A stretch of DNA of 64,000 nucleotides. Origin: Eledone cirrhosa (Eukaryota). The first letter of the stretch is position 1. Every line of letters begins with the position of its first letter. Under the pieces are notes generated by a model. It was not told where the DNA came from. It was given only the letters and a program-made list of their open reading frames with translations, and searched no databases. Positions 51,831-63,450 of this stretch are shown here, piece by piece. The stretch spans positions 137,578,001-137,642,000 of the forward strand of contig OZ024742.1 of assembly GCA_964016885.1 (NCBI GenBank), written 5' to 3'. A program made the position numbers and the translations under genes.

Positions 51831-54006
51831 TTAAAATAGAGTGGAAAAGATGGGAAAGACCACATACCGTACTTTTCGTAGAGGAAGGATGGTTTTTCCA
51901 TCCCTTTTCACTTGATCGTCTGGTGAAGGGACCGTTGAATCGTCCCTTCGGCTGGTCGTCGGCTCTTCTATGAATATGTCGGAATATACTCTCCGGTTGA
52001 GAGTCCCTCCTAGGTCTCTGAAATCACCAACTGCGTTGGGGAATTTCGTTTTAATGTTTGTGTATTGTTTCTGTGCTATTTTTAGCAGTCTTATGTTAGT
52101 TGGCGTTTTGATTGGTGCTGGTATTATGTAGTCGTGCTGTGAAATGTATGTGTGTTCAATTATGTAAGTCATTAGTTTCTTTTTGTGTGAATTTATTGCC
52201 GTGCATTTGTTTTTCTGGTGGTGGGGTACGGTTCTGCAATTTTCTTGTCGTTGTTGCTGGGTGTGTGTGTTTTGTCGTTGTGTTTGCGATGTTGGTGCTT
52301 GTGGTGGTGGTGCTGAAGGTGTTGTTGTTGTTGGCGGTGGGGTGGTCGCCGGTGGTGATGGTGGTGCTAGTGTGGGTGGTGATGGTGTTGGTGGTGTTGC
52401 TGCTGTGAGTCTCTTTGCAGTAGCCTTTACCCTTTTTTCATTTCTTTCCTCCCTTTTCGAAGGCGACGATGCGCTGCTTCTGCGTTTGTGCCTTCTTACG
52501 ACTTTTGACATACCTCTTCCAACTCACACTCCATGTCTGATTTTGTGAGGTCGGGGAGGGGTACCAGTTCCACTCTTTCACTTGTTGTTGTTGGTGATGT
52601 TTGCACTCGAGTCTCTGTTGCAGCTGCATTTGGTATTACTGTTGTTATTGTTAATACTTCCACTGCTGCTGCTGTTTTTGATTTCCGTGGCGTGGGTATG
52701 GGTTCCACGGACCTATCGTTCCTGGTTGCCGCTTGTCCTGTTGCTGGTAGCCGTGGAGCCGGTTTCGGAAGGAGGGGGGTTTTCTCCTTTCTCAGGGTCT
52801 TCTCGTTGCAGAAGGCCCTGATGTGAGTCTTCGATCCACAGCGAAAGCATTTCGGGCGTTTGCCCTCAACACTTATGGGCAGTTGAGTGCCGTTATCGAA
52901 GTCTATCACATCCGGGATAGCTTCGATGCACTCCTGGTTGGTTTGGATTAACATCTCAATGGAGGTGCCGACCCAATCTTCTCTTACTTTTTTCTGTACT
53001 TGCAGTACAGTTGTTTTGTCCTCGATTCCGACGAAGACAGACGCGGCAGCCAAGAAGAGGCCATCCCGGGGGTGGACGTGGGTCAGTTTGATCCTCACAA
53101 TTTTTTGCCCGCAGTAGGAGGGCACCAACACCATTTCCTCGCTCCTTAGGGCCACTAAGGATTGAGCCTTTGCCTCTTGGGGTGTGGCAAAAACACGTCT
53201 ACGGTGGCATATTTCTTGCCTCGGGTGATGTGCGTTTTCCGCTGCCACACACACCCTAAGGCTTTTTGTATTTTAGCCTTTGTGGCTCTTTCAACCCTAC
53301 GGGATTTTGTGCTTACTGTTTGGTACGTGACCGTACAGTGCTGTTGGGTTTCGAAAAATTTTTCGGCTGCCTTGCAGATTGCTCGGTGTCCGGTTTTCGT
53401 CACTATCTTCTTCGCTTCCTCTAATTCCTCATTTGTTATAAGGATGGTTTCCAGGTTCTTTGCGATACCTGCAAACGAGATTGGTTTTTCTTTGCTGCTG
53501 CTGTTGTTGTTGTTGTTGTCGTCAGAGCTGCTGTTACTTTTGTTGTTCCTGCAGGTACTACGACTACTGCCGCCGCCGCTGTTGCTGTGGTTGTTGTTGT
53601 TGTTGCTGCTGCTGCTGTTGTTGTTGCTGTTGCTGCTAATGCTGTTGTTGTTTATGCTGCTGTTGATGCTGTTACGGCTGCTACTGTTGTTTTCCTTGTC
53701 ACTGTTGCTGCTGCTGCTGTTATTACGGCTACTACTGCTATTATTCCTGACGTCAGCCGAATGAAATGGGTTTTCGTATTTCCCGCACACCTTTTTCGTC
53801 GTTGTCGTCGTCGTCGTGGAGAAATCTTGCACGCTTTGCACGTGATTCTTCTTTTCTGGCGTCGCTTGCGAAAGAGAAGGGAAGGGGAGAGACACATTTA
53901 GAGAAGGGAGGGATAGAGACAATTTTCTCTCTGCTGTAGTGACGATTGAGGAAGAAGAAGACGGAATGAGTGGGAGTGACTTATGAAAATTCTTTTTCGT
54001 AGCCAT
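51831..54006 (-). pseudogene. Tx1 ORF1 of a second type, frameshifted
   Basis: Three fragments (53155-54006, 52496-53254, 51831-52511) colinear with T-A ORF1; Asn/Ser-rich N-terminus. Confidence 0.85.
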
Positions 54007-54223
54007 ATTTTTTTTTTTTGTTTAAAATAAATATTTGGCACAAAACCCCAATAAGCGGTTATTTAACCCCGAAGGGCCAAATAACGGGCAGAAAGACCCC
54101 TCTCACGAGGAGGAGGGTGTTTTTGTCTACAAGTTGGTTAAAGTTTTAAACAATTTACAATTGTTATAGCGCTCAAAATTTACAATACCTTACAGAGCCG
54201 AGCCTCCGTCAACCATAGCATTC

Positions 54224-54252
<29 letters not shown>

Positions 54253-54256
<4 letters not shown>

Positions 54257-54436
54257 TGTTTCTACTTTAGGCACAAGGCCAGCAATTATCCAGTGCATTA
54301 CTGGTACTTTATTTTATCGACCCCGTAAGGATGAAAGGCAAAGTCAACCTCGGCGGGATTTGAACTAAGATCGTAAAGGGACGTAACTATGCTGGAAAGC
54401 ATGGCGTCCGACCCTCTACTGATACTGCCAATCCAC
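54253..54436 (-). mobile_element. tRNA-derived SINE family S, full length
   Basis: A-box TGGCAGTATCAG, B-box GTTCAAATCC, body GACTTTGCCTTTCATCCTTACGGGGTCGATAAAATAAAGTACCAG, and 3' CCTTGTGCCTAAAGTAGAAACA(ATT)n. Confidence 0.92.
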
Positions 54437-54445
54437 AACAACAAT

Positions 54446-55265
54446 GAGAAAGAACAACCTTCATGAAAAATCCCTTCATCGTACCTTCTTTGAGAAAACT
54501 GAATTTAGAGATACACAGACATGGAACTGGTTGAACAGAGGAGACCTTAAAAAGTCTACAGAAGGAATGCTAAGGGCTGCGCAAGAGCAGGCCCTCAAAA
54601 CGAAGTGCCTGAAACACCAAGGATCTGTGGAGAGAGAGAGGAGACTGTGGCTCACATTGTATCCGAGTGCAAACACCTAGCCCAGACTCACTATAAAGGC
54701 TGGAGACATGATGTGATGGGCAGGGTGATCCACTGGCACCTATGCAAAGTAAACAATATACCACATTCTGAGAAGTGGTATGAGCATAAGCCAGAGTCGG
54801 TGATAGAAAACGATCAGGTGAATGTGCTGTGGGATTTTAGGATACAGACGGACAAGAAACTGGAACACAATAGACCTGACCTGGTGGTTTTAGACAAGGA
54901 AAAAAGATCGTGCCTGATTGTGGATGTGGCTTGCCCATTCGACACGAGAGTGCAAGAGAAGGAGAGCGAGAAAATTAACCGATACCAGGACTTAAAGTGG
55001 GAGGTAAAAAGGATTTGGAACTGCCATGAAGTCAAAGTGGTCCCGATTGTCATAGGCGCACTAGGTACTATCTCAAAAAGTTCCCAGGGATGGTTAAAGA
55101 AAATTGGCCCCGCCCCGCTTTATGGAACACTTCAAAAGACATGCTTGCTGGGAACAGCAAGAACCCTCCTGAATATCTGAGGCTGCAGGTAGTGGCTTGA
55201 TATTCATTTCAACAAACTTTCCAGTTTCCAACTTATTTTCATCATTGACTGAGACACAAAGAACA
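54446..55265 (+). mobile_element. R4/Dong-like copy D4 (3' 0.8 kb)
   Basis: Homologous to D1-D3, with small deletions. Confidence 0.9.
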
Positions 55266-55285
55266 ATATTAATAATAATAATAAT

Positions 55286-58200
55286 TGTTTCTACTATTAG
55301 CCACAAGGGGAGACATGTAGGGGACAGTGGGGGTTTACAATAGGGTCGCGTAAAAGTGCACAATGGCAATACATATTTAACAATGAAGATATAAAACTAT
55401 AAAATAAACTATGCATAAATATAACAAAATAAATTCCCCGATAGGGTTGGATGAACCATCCTGCGCTTCTAGGACACCCAGGGAGAGCACCACTCTCCTC
55501 AAGTTAGCTAGCCTATAGGCGCATGGTCAGAGTAGGCCCATTCATACGAGCCATTCTCGCCACATTCATCCACCTTTTAGCAAATGTACTGGGGGGCAGC
55601 ATTTCTCTCTCCACCCTCACCTTCCTTTCCAGGTGAAACTTGAAGAAGTTGATGAGGGATTTGCCGAAGAGAAAAGTGTCTGTCTTCAGTCCTTTTAACC
55701 TGGTCCACCATATAACCTCTTTCGCAACTGCCACCAGACATAGCAAAATTTCCTGCCTAAGGAAGGCGGCGGGTCGATCTTCACTATGGACTCGGCTGAT
55801 AGCTGTTCGACATAACTCCACAAGTCAGTAATGCACGGACATTGGACAAGTGCGTGCAGAACGGTTTCGTCGTTCTGTGCGCATCTTGGGCAGGTCCGTC
55901 TGACAGCATTTCCGTGCCTGTAGAGTTTATCCCGAATCGATAGTGCCCCCCGGTAGCACTGCCAAACGAGGGATTTCTGGAAATTGTCCATAGTCCCCGG
56001 CTCAAAAGTCCTCCGGTACAGACTGGTCAGTTCGACTTCGTTGAGGCCCAACGCTTCTCCGAGCGCATGATCGCATTTACCCACCACTAATCCTCTATAG
56101 AACTCGAGAGTGGAAGTTCCACTGATCGCATTGCCTGCTTGGTAGAGGGCAGTGAGTACCTGGCATCATTCCAGGTGCCAATCATCCCGTCTCGGTCTCT
56201 TCTTGACCCAGGTCTGCAGCTCAGTCAAAGAAATGAGCTGCGGAAAGGCCCCTCTGTTAAACGGTGACCACATCTGTTCACCGTTGAGGCAGAATATCGG
56301 GAGATGTCGCAGCCTCAACGCATGTCTCCGCATCATTAGACACGGCATGCCCAGCCCTCCGCGTAGATGGTGCTGGCAGCAGATGGACCGCCTCACCAAC
56401 GGAACTTGTCTCCTACACAAGAATTTGAAGAGGTGCCGTTCCAACTTGACGAGGCGTGGACGGTGGCAAGGCACGACGGTCAGGTGGTAGTAGATGAAGG
56501 ACGCGATGTACGCATTCGGCACCTACGCGCGTCCTTTCAGTGATAGCTTCCTCCCAGCCCATTTTTGGGTGAGACAGGCTACTCTGTTCGTTACCTCGTC
56601 CCAATTATTTTCCATCTGGAGGTCTGGTAAAGCAACTTTACCGATCACTCCGTCCAGCGCCCCACGACGCTGTTGGACGTCATGGGCCTGTCTCTCCATG
56701 TTTCGAGTTGCAACCCCACTGACTTATCCGGGTTAAGTTTGGCTCCTGTCAACCTTTCATATTCCTTTAATAAGGTGCCTACCACCTCAATTTCTGAGGT
56801 GTTCGACACCATCACGGTGATGTTGTCCGCATAAGGCGACACTGCCTCTCCACGTCCCGGTTCGAGCGGGATGCCCTGCAACAGCTCCAGCTTCCGCAGT
56901 AAAGGCTCGAAAGTCAATACGTACAGAATTGAAGAGAGAGGCACCCTTGACCGACCTATCGGGAGAGCCGAAATGGTTCCGAGAGGTGGCCATTAACGTT
57001 GATCACCGAGCGTATGCCGCTGTGCTTTGCAGCGATCCAGCTTCTGAAGAGATGGCTGAAGCCAGCTGCTTTGACGCCAAACTTCAGATACCGATGGCCG
57101 ACCTTATCGAATGCTTTCGATTGATCTAAATTGATCAGTGCCCCCCTGAAGCCAGGTTTACACCCTACCCTCTCTATGATGTATCGCATGAGGTGGAGAT
57201 TGTCGTGTATGGACCTGGCTAGGATTGCGGAAGTTTGTGGCTCCCCAACCAAATTCTCGACGACAAGCGCCAATCTCTTTGCTAACACCTTGGCCAAAAT
57301 CTTAAACTCTGTGTTGAGCAGAGTTATGGGCCTGAAGTTGCCTAATGTATCCCTCTTGTTCTCGTCTTTCCTTATCAGCGTCACCACTTCCCTGCTCACA
57401 GAACTGGGAATACTCCCATTCTGCTGCCTGTTGCAGTAGATTGCTTCGAGGAGATCGGAGAACAAGTCTGGCATATTTACGCAAAGCTCATAGGGCAGGC
57501 CATCCAAACCAGGTGTCTTGCGCCTCATGCAGCCCACAAGGGCGTCCTGAATTTCGGCTGAAGTAATCGGCCTTTCACAGCGCTCAGCGTCGACCGTCGA
57601 GAAGCGCGGCAAGCCGTGAAGGTAGGGACTGAAATCCGCTACTATCTCTGACTCGCCACTCTCCCCGAACAACTGAGCAAAGTGTTGGCGAAAGGCGTCA
57701 CACATCCGCTTGGAATCGCTTATCTTGTGCCCGTCTCGGTTCGGCAAAGACCGAATTGTGGTTTTATTACCACGCTGCGTATCCGCCACGCGGGCCCATC
57801 GAACAGCTTTGGTTCCCTCGTTTCTCAGCGCACGCGCCTTAGCTCTGACAATGCAGCCTTCGTGTTTCGCATTGAAGAAATGGTCTAATGCCATTCCCGC
57901 CGCTAGCACGCCACTTGCAATGCCACTACAAATAGCCTCATCTAACTTATTTACCAGCTCCCCCTCCTTTCTATTTTTCTCTAACGCTAGTTCTTTGCTG
58001 AACTCTATCGAAGTTACTCTAATCTCTCTTTTGAGATCCCCCACCATCTGTTGTTGATGATCCCCCCTGTCAACGTTTGCTTAAATAAATTGTTGACTCG
58101 GTCCCTGTAAGCCTTAAGTTCCGGAAATGACATGTTCAGCTTCCAGTAACCCGGTCCTAACCTTCGCGTTTTATCTAGGTCGACCGTACATATCACAAAT

Positions 58201-60201
58201 TTGTGATCTGAATAGGAGACCGTTTTAAAAAGTGGGCCGCCTACACTATTTCTATCTATTTTCCTAATGAAGATCCTGTCTATATACGATCTAGATGTCC
58301 CCATTCGGTTGGTCCATGTCCATACTGGCACATTGGGGAATCTAGTCGATACCTGTTAGACAGTTGGAACTGGCTGAGTAGGTGCTTGAGGCTTTTGCAC
58401 ACCCCTCTCCTATCGGTTACTCCCACACAATCCCAGCGTGCGTCTAAGATGCCATTCCAGTCCCCCGCTAACAGTAAAGGGCGAGACGTACCCAGAAAGG
58501 TCTCCAGGAGCCTAAAGAAGTCCGGTCGTCCGGTCCCTGTAGGGGCGTAGATGCCCAGCAGTCTAAAGGCACCACCTTCGCTACTGCTCACATCCAAGAC
58601 CACCAACTTAGTGTCCGGGTCCTGGAAGATCGACCTTACCTCGAGATTCATTCCTTTCATAAACAGCACTGCCCCCCCCCCCATTCCCGGCCTGCTAACA
58701 GATGTGAAGATCTGATAGTCGTCGAAAATGTGGGCTAGTGCGAGCGTGTCGGAAAATCTGGTCTCGCTGACGGCAAATATCCATTTCCAGTGACCTTAGG
58801 TCATTGAGCAGGCGACCATGTTTCCAGGGTGACCCTAGGCCGCGAACATTTAAACTTCCTACTCTTAATATGGCCATGTTGGTAAGCTAAGAGAGAGAGA
58901 GAGAGGGAAGGTTTACTTACCTCCCGGGGTCTTGTGAATATCGGGTGGTTCGACCTCCATAGTTGGTGGGGTTTCTTTTGGGAACCCCTTTAAAAGTCTC
59001 GATGTGGGTTTCACATTCGGGGTTCCCACGTCTTGAGGAAAGCTCTCTGGAATTTCTTTGAATGAATTGAGTGACATTCGGACCAGAAGCAAATCTCCTG
59101 GAACGCAAAATGTGCTCATTTCAAAAATCTCCCCCTCTCTTTCACTATCCTCGCTTCGTGCTAAGAGGGCCATCAGTTTACTGTTGGCCATTCTGACAAG
59201 CACGAAGTTATTAACATTTTGTTGGTGTGGTTTTATTTGTTTTCGTTTTGGTGACTATGGTGGTGATGGTTTTGGTGGTGTTGTTTCGGGTATGTCTGTG
59301 TTTGTTGTAGGTGTGGTGTCTGCAATTTCAAGTATTTGTGTGTTTATTTGTACCTGTGTTTGTTTAGGTTGTTTGCGTTTCGGGGATTGTGGAGGTGGTG
59401 TCGATGTTGCTGTTGGTGCTGATGTTATTGGGGAAGTGTTTGCGTTTGTGGTGTCTGTATTTTTTGTTGTGTATGTTTTTGTGTTTTGTTGGGGCTCTTT
59501 TTGGTGAGTTTTCTCTGGGTTTTTTTTGCACCTTTCGGTTTTCCTTCATCTTCGCTGTTGGAAGACAAAGGGTCTGTGGCTGTGAGTGTCTCTGTGTCTG
59601 TGTGTGCGTTTATTGTTTTGTCTATGTGTATAATTGGGCGGGTTAGGATTGGGAGAGCTTTCCTCATTTTCCCCTTGGATTGGTTTTGGTGTTGGTGGTG
59701 ATCTGGCTATTTTTGGTGTTGGTGTCCGTGTCTTTGTTGGTGTTGTTTTTGGTGGTGGTGGTGCAGCTTTCCGTGCTGACACTGGCGTTGGCAACAAAGG
59801 AGGTTTGCGGCCCCTGCATTTTTGAGCTGAGGGCAGAGGCCTGCAGATGCGTTGCTTCCCCGCAGACGAAGCAGCGTGGCCTTCTTCCGTCAGTGATTAG
59901 TTGGATTGTTGTCCCGTCCTGCAGGCGGGCAGAATCCGGTATGTTGTTCATGTCCTCCAGTTTCATTTGGAGAAGAATCTTCAAATCCATTCCGCACCAG
60001 TCCTCTCTCTCTGTCCTTTTAATATCCATGAGGGTAGTGTCTGTCTCCTCCTCGATTACGCATCCCAGCAGCCACCATATGTTCATTCCTGGTGGGATGC
60101 TGGGAATGCGGACCTTTACTGTCCTTTTACCAATGTAGGACGGATGCATGATAATGCGTTTACTTCTGCAGGGGGTCACTGAGTGCTTAATAGCGAGGGC
60201 C
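55286..60201 (-). mobile_element. Older Tx1-type element T-E (same subfamily as T-B), 5'-truncated within ORF1
   Basis: ORF2 remnants 55513-58877 (MAILRVGSLNVRGL, GDWN, YSDH, KAFDKV, YADN). ORF1 remnants 58913-60201 (CFVCGEATHLQA). (AAT)n on both sides. Confidence 0.9.
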
Positions 60202-60220
60202 TAATAATAATAATAATAAT

Positions 60221-60405
60221 GATTTCTACTTTTGGCACAAGCCCAGCAATTATCCCAGTTCATTACTGGTACTTTATTTTATCGACCCCGTAAGGATGAA
60301 AAGCAAAGTTAACCTCGGCGGGATTTAAACTCAGACCATAAAGGGACGTAACTCTATGCGTCAAAGCATGGCGTCCGACCCTCTACTGATACTGCCAATC
60401 CGCCG
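60221..60405 (-). mobile_element. SINE family S, full length
   Basis: Same structure as 54253-54436. Confidence 0.92.
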
Positions 60406-60422
60406 ATAATGATGATAATAAT

Positions 60423-60527
60423 GATTTCTAGTATAGGCACAAAGCCAGTAATTTGGGGGAGGGGAAAGTCGAATAAATCGACCCCAGTACGTTACTGGTG
60501 CTTTATTTTATCGACCCCGTAAGGATG
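60423..60527 (-). mobile_element. SINE S-related subfamily, 3' fragment
   Basis: CATCCTTACGGGGTCGATAAAATAAAGCACCAG..GGCTTTGTGCCTATACTAGAAATCATT. Confidence 0.8.
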
Positions 60528-60565
<38 letters not shown>

Positions 60566-60584
60566 TACTACTACTACTACTGTT

Positions 60585-60712
60585 GTGGAGTTCAAATCCC
60601 GCCAAAGTTAACTTTGCATATCATCCTTACGGGGTCGATAAAATAAAGTACCAGTAATGCACTGGGTAATATATGGCCTTGTGCTAAACGTAGAAACATT
60701 TATTATTATTAT
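60585..60712 (+). mobile_element. SINE family S, 5'-truncated
   Basis: B-box GTTCAAATCC through GGCCTTGTGCTAAACGTAGAAACA(TTA)n. Confidence 0.88.
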
Positions 60713-61469
60713 TATAAATAAAGTTTTATCGAAGAACAAGATCGAATACGAGTGTATGGTAATTCATAGAATAATGAGAAAAACTCAACCAAAGAGCAAA
60801 ACTCAATAAAAGAGCAAAATGCCGTCAATGACAGCGTCGAGTAAAGATTTCCTCAACGAAAGAAATCAGTGGCTAGAAATCATAGGAAGAAAATGAACGA
60901 GATCACACACACGCCCCTACAGCTCTCAGACCGGTTGTGACTCTGCATGATTTAATTTAAGAGTACCATTTTAAAATGCCGAATTGTGCAACCGAAAATA
61001 AGTCTTTCTTCTTGTATGATGTCTGTGTGTGTGATAAAAACAAAACCCAGCAGAGACAGAAGGACGATAGAAGACAAAGAAAATCAAACAATGGGAGAGT
61101 GAACCTCAAGTTATTGTGTCTGTCCTAAATAGCTGAGATAAAGTTAACTGAATAAATATTGCTGTCTCTGACCGAGTCGAAACGATGGTATGTTTGAATT
61201 CATTTAAAAACGAGAAAATTCATCGCTAGAACAGCCTGTCACTATTTCATGGATAGTTTGCTCTGTCGACCACTGGCCACTGGTCTCTGTCCACTGAGGC
61301 ATTGTTGCCCATTGCTGGCCTTACAGCATTTGGCTGTTTTGGCAGCTATTCTAGCGATGAGGTTTCTTATTTTCATATGAATTCAAATATACTCCTGCCT
61401 TGTCTCGATCAACGTCAACAATGTTTATTCATATACACTTACGCACAAGCACTCACAAACCCACACACA

Positions 61470-61520
<51 letters not shown>

Positions 61521-61526
<6 letters not shown>

Positions 61527-61654
61527 AAAAAAAGATGAAATCGAAAATGCAACTGGAGTCTTATTTTTTTTTAAATATATATATTTATTTGGTTCCTTTA
61601 CCGGTTTCGCAGTTCTTCTGCTTTTCAAAAGTAGAGTTGAGATGGAGGGTCTGT
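61521..61654 (-). mobile_element. Family P5 single-arm copy with hammerhead variant (61595-61632)
   Basis: Homologous to 34984-35118; sits in (TA)n. Confidence 0.8.
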
Positions 61655-61863
61655 ATATATATTTCGTATTTGTATCATGTTTTGCAAGTACGTCGGAGAG
61701 ACGGAAAATAACAACATCATTAGTCACTGAGAAGGTCACTGAATGTGACGAAAGAGGTTTGGCACGCAAAAACAATCAATATGACTAACATTCAGTTATG
61801 AAACTAACCGACTGGGACCCGTTAAGGGTGAGAGCAGCGAGTCGTTGCTTAAACTTTAATCTG

Positions 61864-61927
<64 letters not shown>

Positions 61928-61989
61928 GTGCGTGTGTGTGTGTGTGTGTATAAAATAAAGTAAATATATACATACACAGAAAAATGTGG

Positions 61990-62182
61990 GTGTTGGCAAT
62001 TTAAAGGAGAGAAAAAATCGATTAAATCGACTCCAGTGAATTACTGGTGCTTTATTTCATCGACCCCCGTAAGAATGAATGGCAAAGTTAATGACGACGG
62101 GATTTGAAATCAGAACGTAAAGTGACATAACTTTATGCTGCAAAGCATGGTGTCTGACGTTCTTGCTATTTTGTCAATCCAC
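61990..62182 (-). mobile_element. Diverged SINE S-related copy
   Basis: GTGGATTGACAAAATAG..TTCAAATCCCG..CATTCTTACGGGGGTCGATG. Confidence 0.75.
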
Positions 62183-62409
62183 GGCTGGTTGGATCGCCCG
62201 AATTGACTGCTATATCTAGCGGATTTTTGGCTCGTCCTTTTGTCCGTATTTGCAAATAGTTACCTGTTAATTGATTGACGCATGCCTGCAATGGTATTAT
62301 TTTTAATTGTATTTATTATCATAGTAGTGCTGCGCCCATAGTTTCTGTATTGACATAGCATCCGTGAAGCGTTGTTGTCCATCAACGAATCTCACAGGAG
62401 ATATCGCTG

Positions 62410-63450
62410 TTGTTCTAGGACCTCTTTATATATGAAAAGAAGACTCGAGTATTTGTGGTCGGGAGCTGCTTGGCTTCCTTGGCTTCCTGTTGCCACCAAT
62501 CATCCTTCATTTGCCGAATACTGCTATGAATCTTTGATTTCATAGCCTTAAACATTATTTTTGTTGGCATTATCGGACTTTCCCTGGATGTTTTTGCACA
62601 ACTTTTGTTTTTTACGCACACATCTGGACACATATCAACTATCAGCCAACTTCTTAGATTTGAAACCCAAAGTGCTTGATGTGTCTTTATAGACTTGAGA
62701 TTTGAAACTCTCCCAAAGGTTATCTCCAACGAAAGTAATGCTCATAAGCCCACATTGAAAGCTTTTCAACATCATATTGAATATGAAGCTTGCAGTGTAT
62801 GTTCTCTTTGGTATTTTAGACCACACGATCTGAATGTTTGCTTGATTGGGAAATTGAATTTCCTCCTAACAAGCCTATGATCCGTCCAACATTCTGAACT
62901 TCACATTACTAATATACTAGGGACATCACTCAAAGCTGCTTTGCGAAATGTTATATAGTCAAGAAGGTGATATATAGTCAAGACATAGGGTGCATCCATG
63001 TGTGTTATGCTTCTATTTTTGCTTGAAGAAAGTATTTGATATAGCTAGTTGGCTTTCGGTATAAAATGTGAGATGGAATAGTCCATTTTCGTTGCATTTT
63101 CCTGTATCATACTACCCCAGAACAGGCCACGTTGCCTGCTCTACGCACACTCTAGCATTAATGTCACCCATGATGACTAGCTTCTCTTCCCTTGAAACTT
63201 TTCACACAAGAATCCCAAGATCCAGAAACAATTTTTCAATGCTCTTAATTAAATGTGGCATTGTCGGTGCGTAAATCCTCACAATTCTCAATAATCGATC
63301 TTTTAGCTGGAGCCGGAAAGATATCATGCATTCAGATATACCGCTTAGAAAGTCATGGATACAGTTTAGGACTGAGTTTTTAATTATTAAACAAAACCTG
63401 AATCCTTTCTTTTCTTTTCAGGCAATCCCTTCCATAAGAAAGTGAAACTT
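62410..63450 (-). mobile_element. Decayed RTE-clade LINE, APE endonuclease region
   Basis: FTFLWKGLPE, GISECMISFRLQL..IYAPT, VIMGDINARV and HLLDYITFRK..ECWTDHRLV. Confidence 0.75.

Larger units (their letters stand above)
48181..54223 (-). mobile_element. Full-length Tx1-type element T-D (~6.0 kb) with divergent ORF1 and 5' UTR
   Basis: ORF2 and 3' UTR are very similar to T-C. ORF1 is only distantly similar (CFRCGSKTHIRAFC knuckle). (AAT)n on both sides. Confidence 0.92.

Noticed and set aside
54340-54436. tRNA genes at A/B-box sequences
   Set aside because: SINE heads with extended A-B spacing, fused to the SINE body; no cloverleaf.
61165-61195. CTGACCGAGTCGAAAC as a hammerhead
   Set aside because: Core spacing is wrong, there is no helix II or helix I pairing, and it is not conserved in the homologue at 8597.
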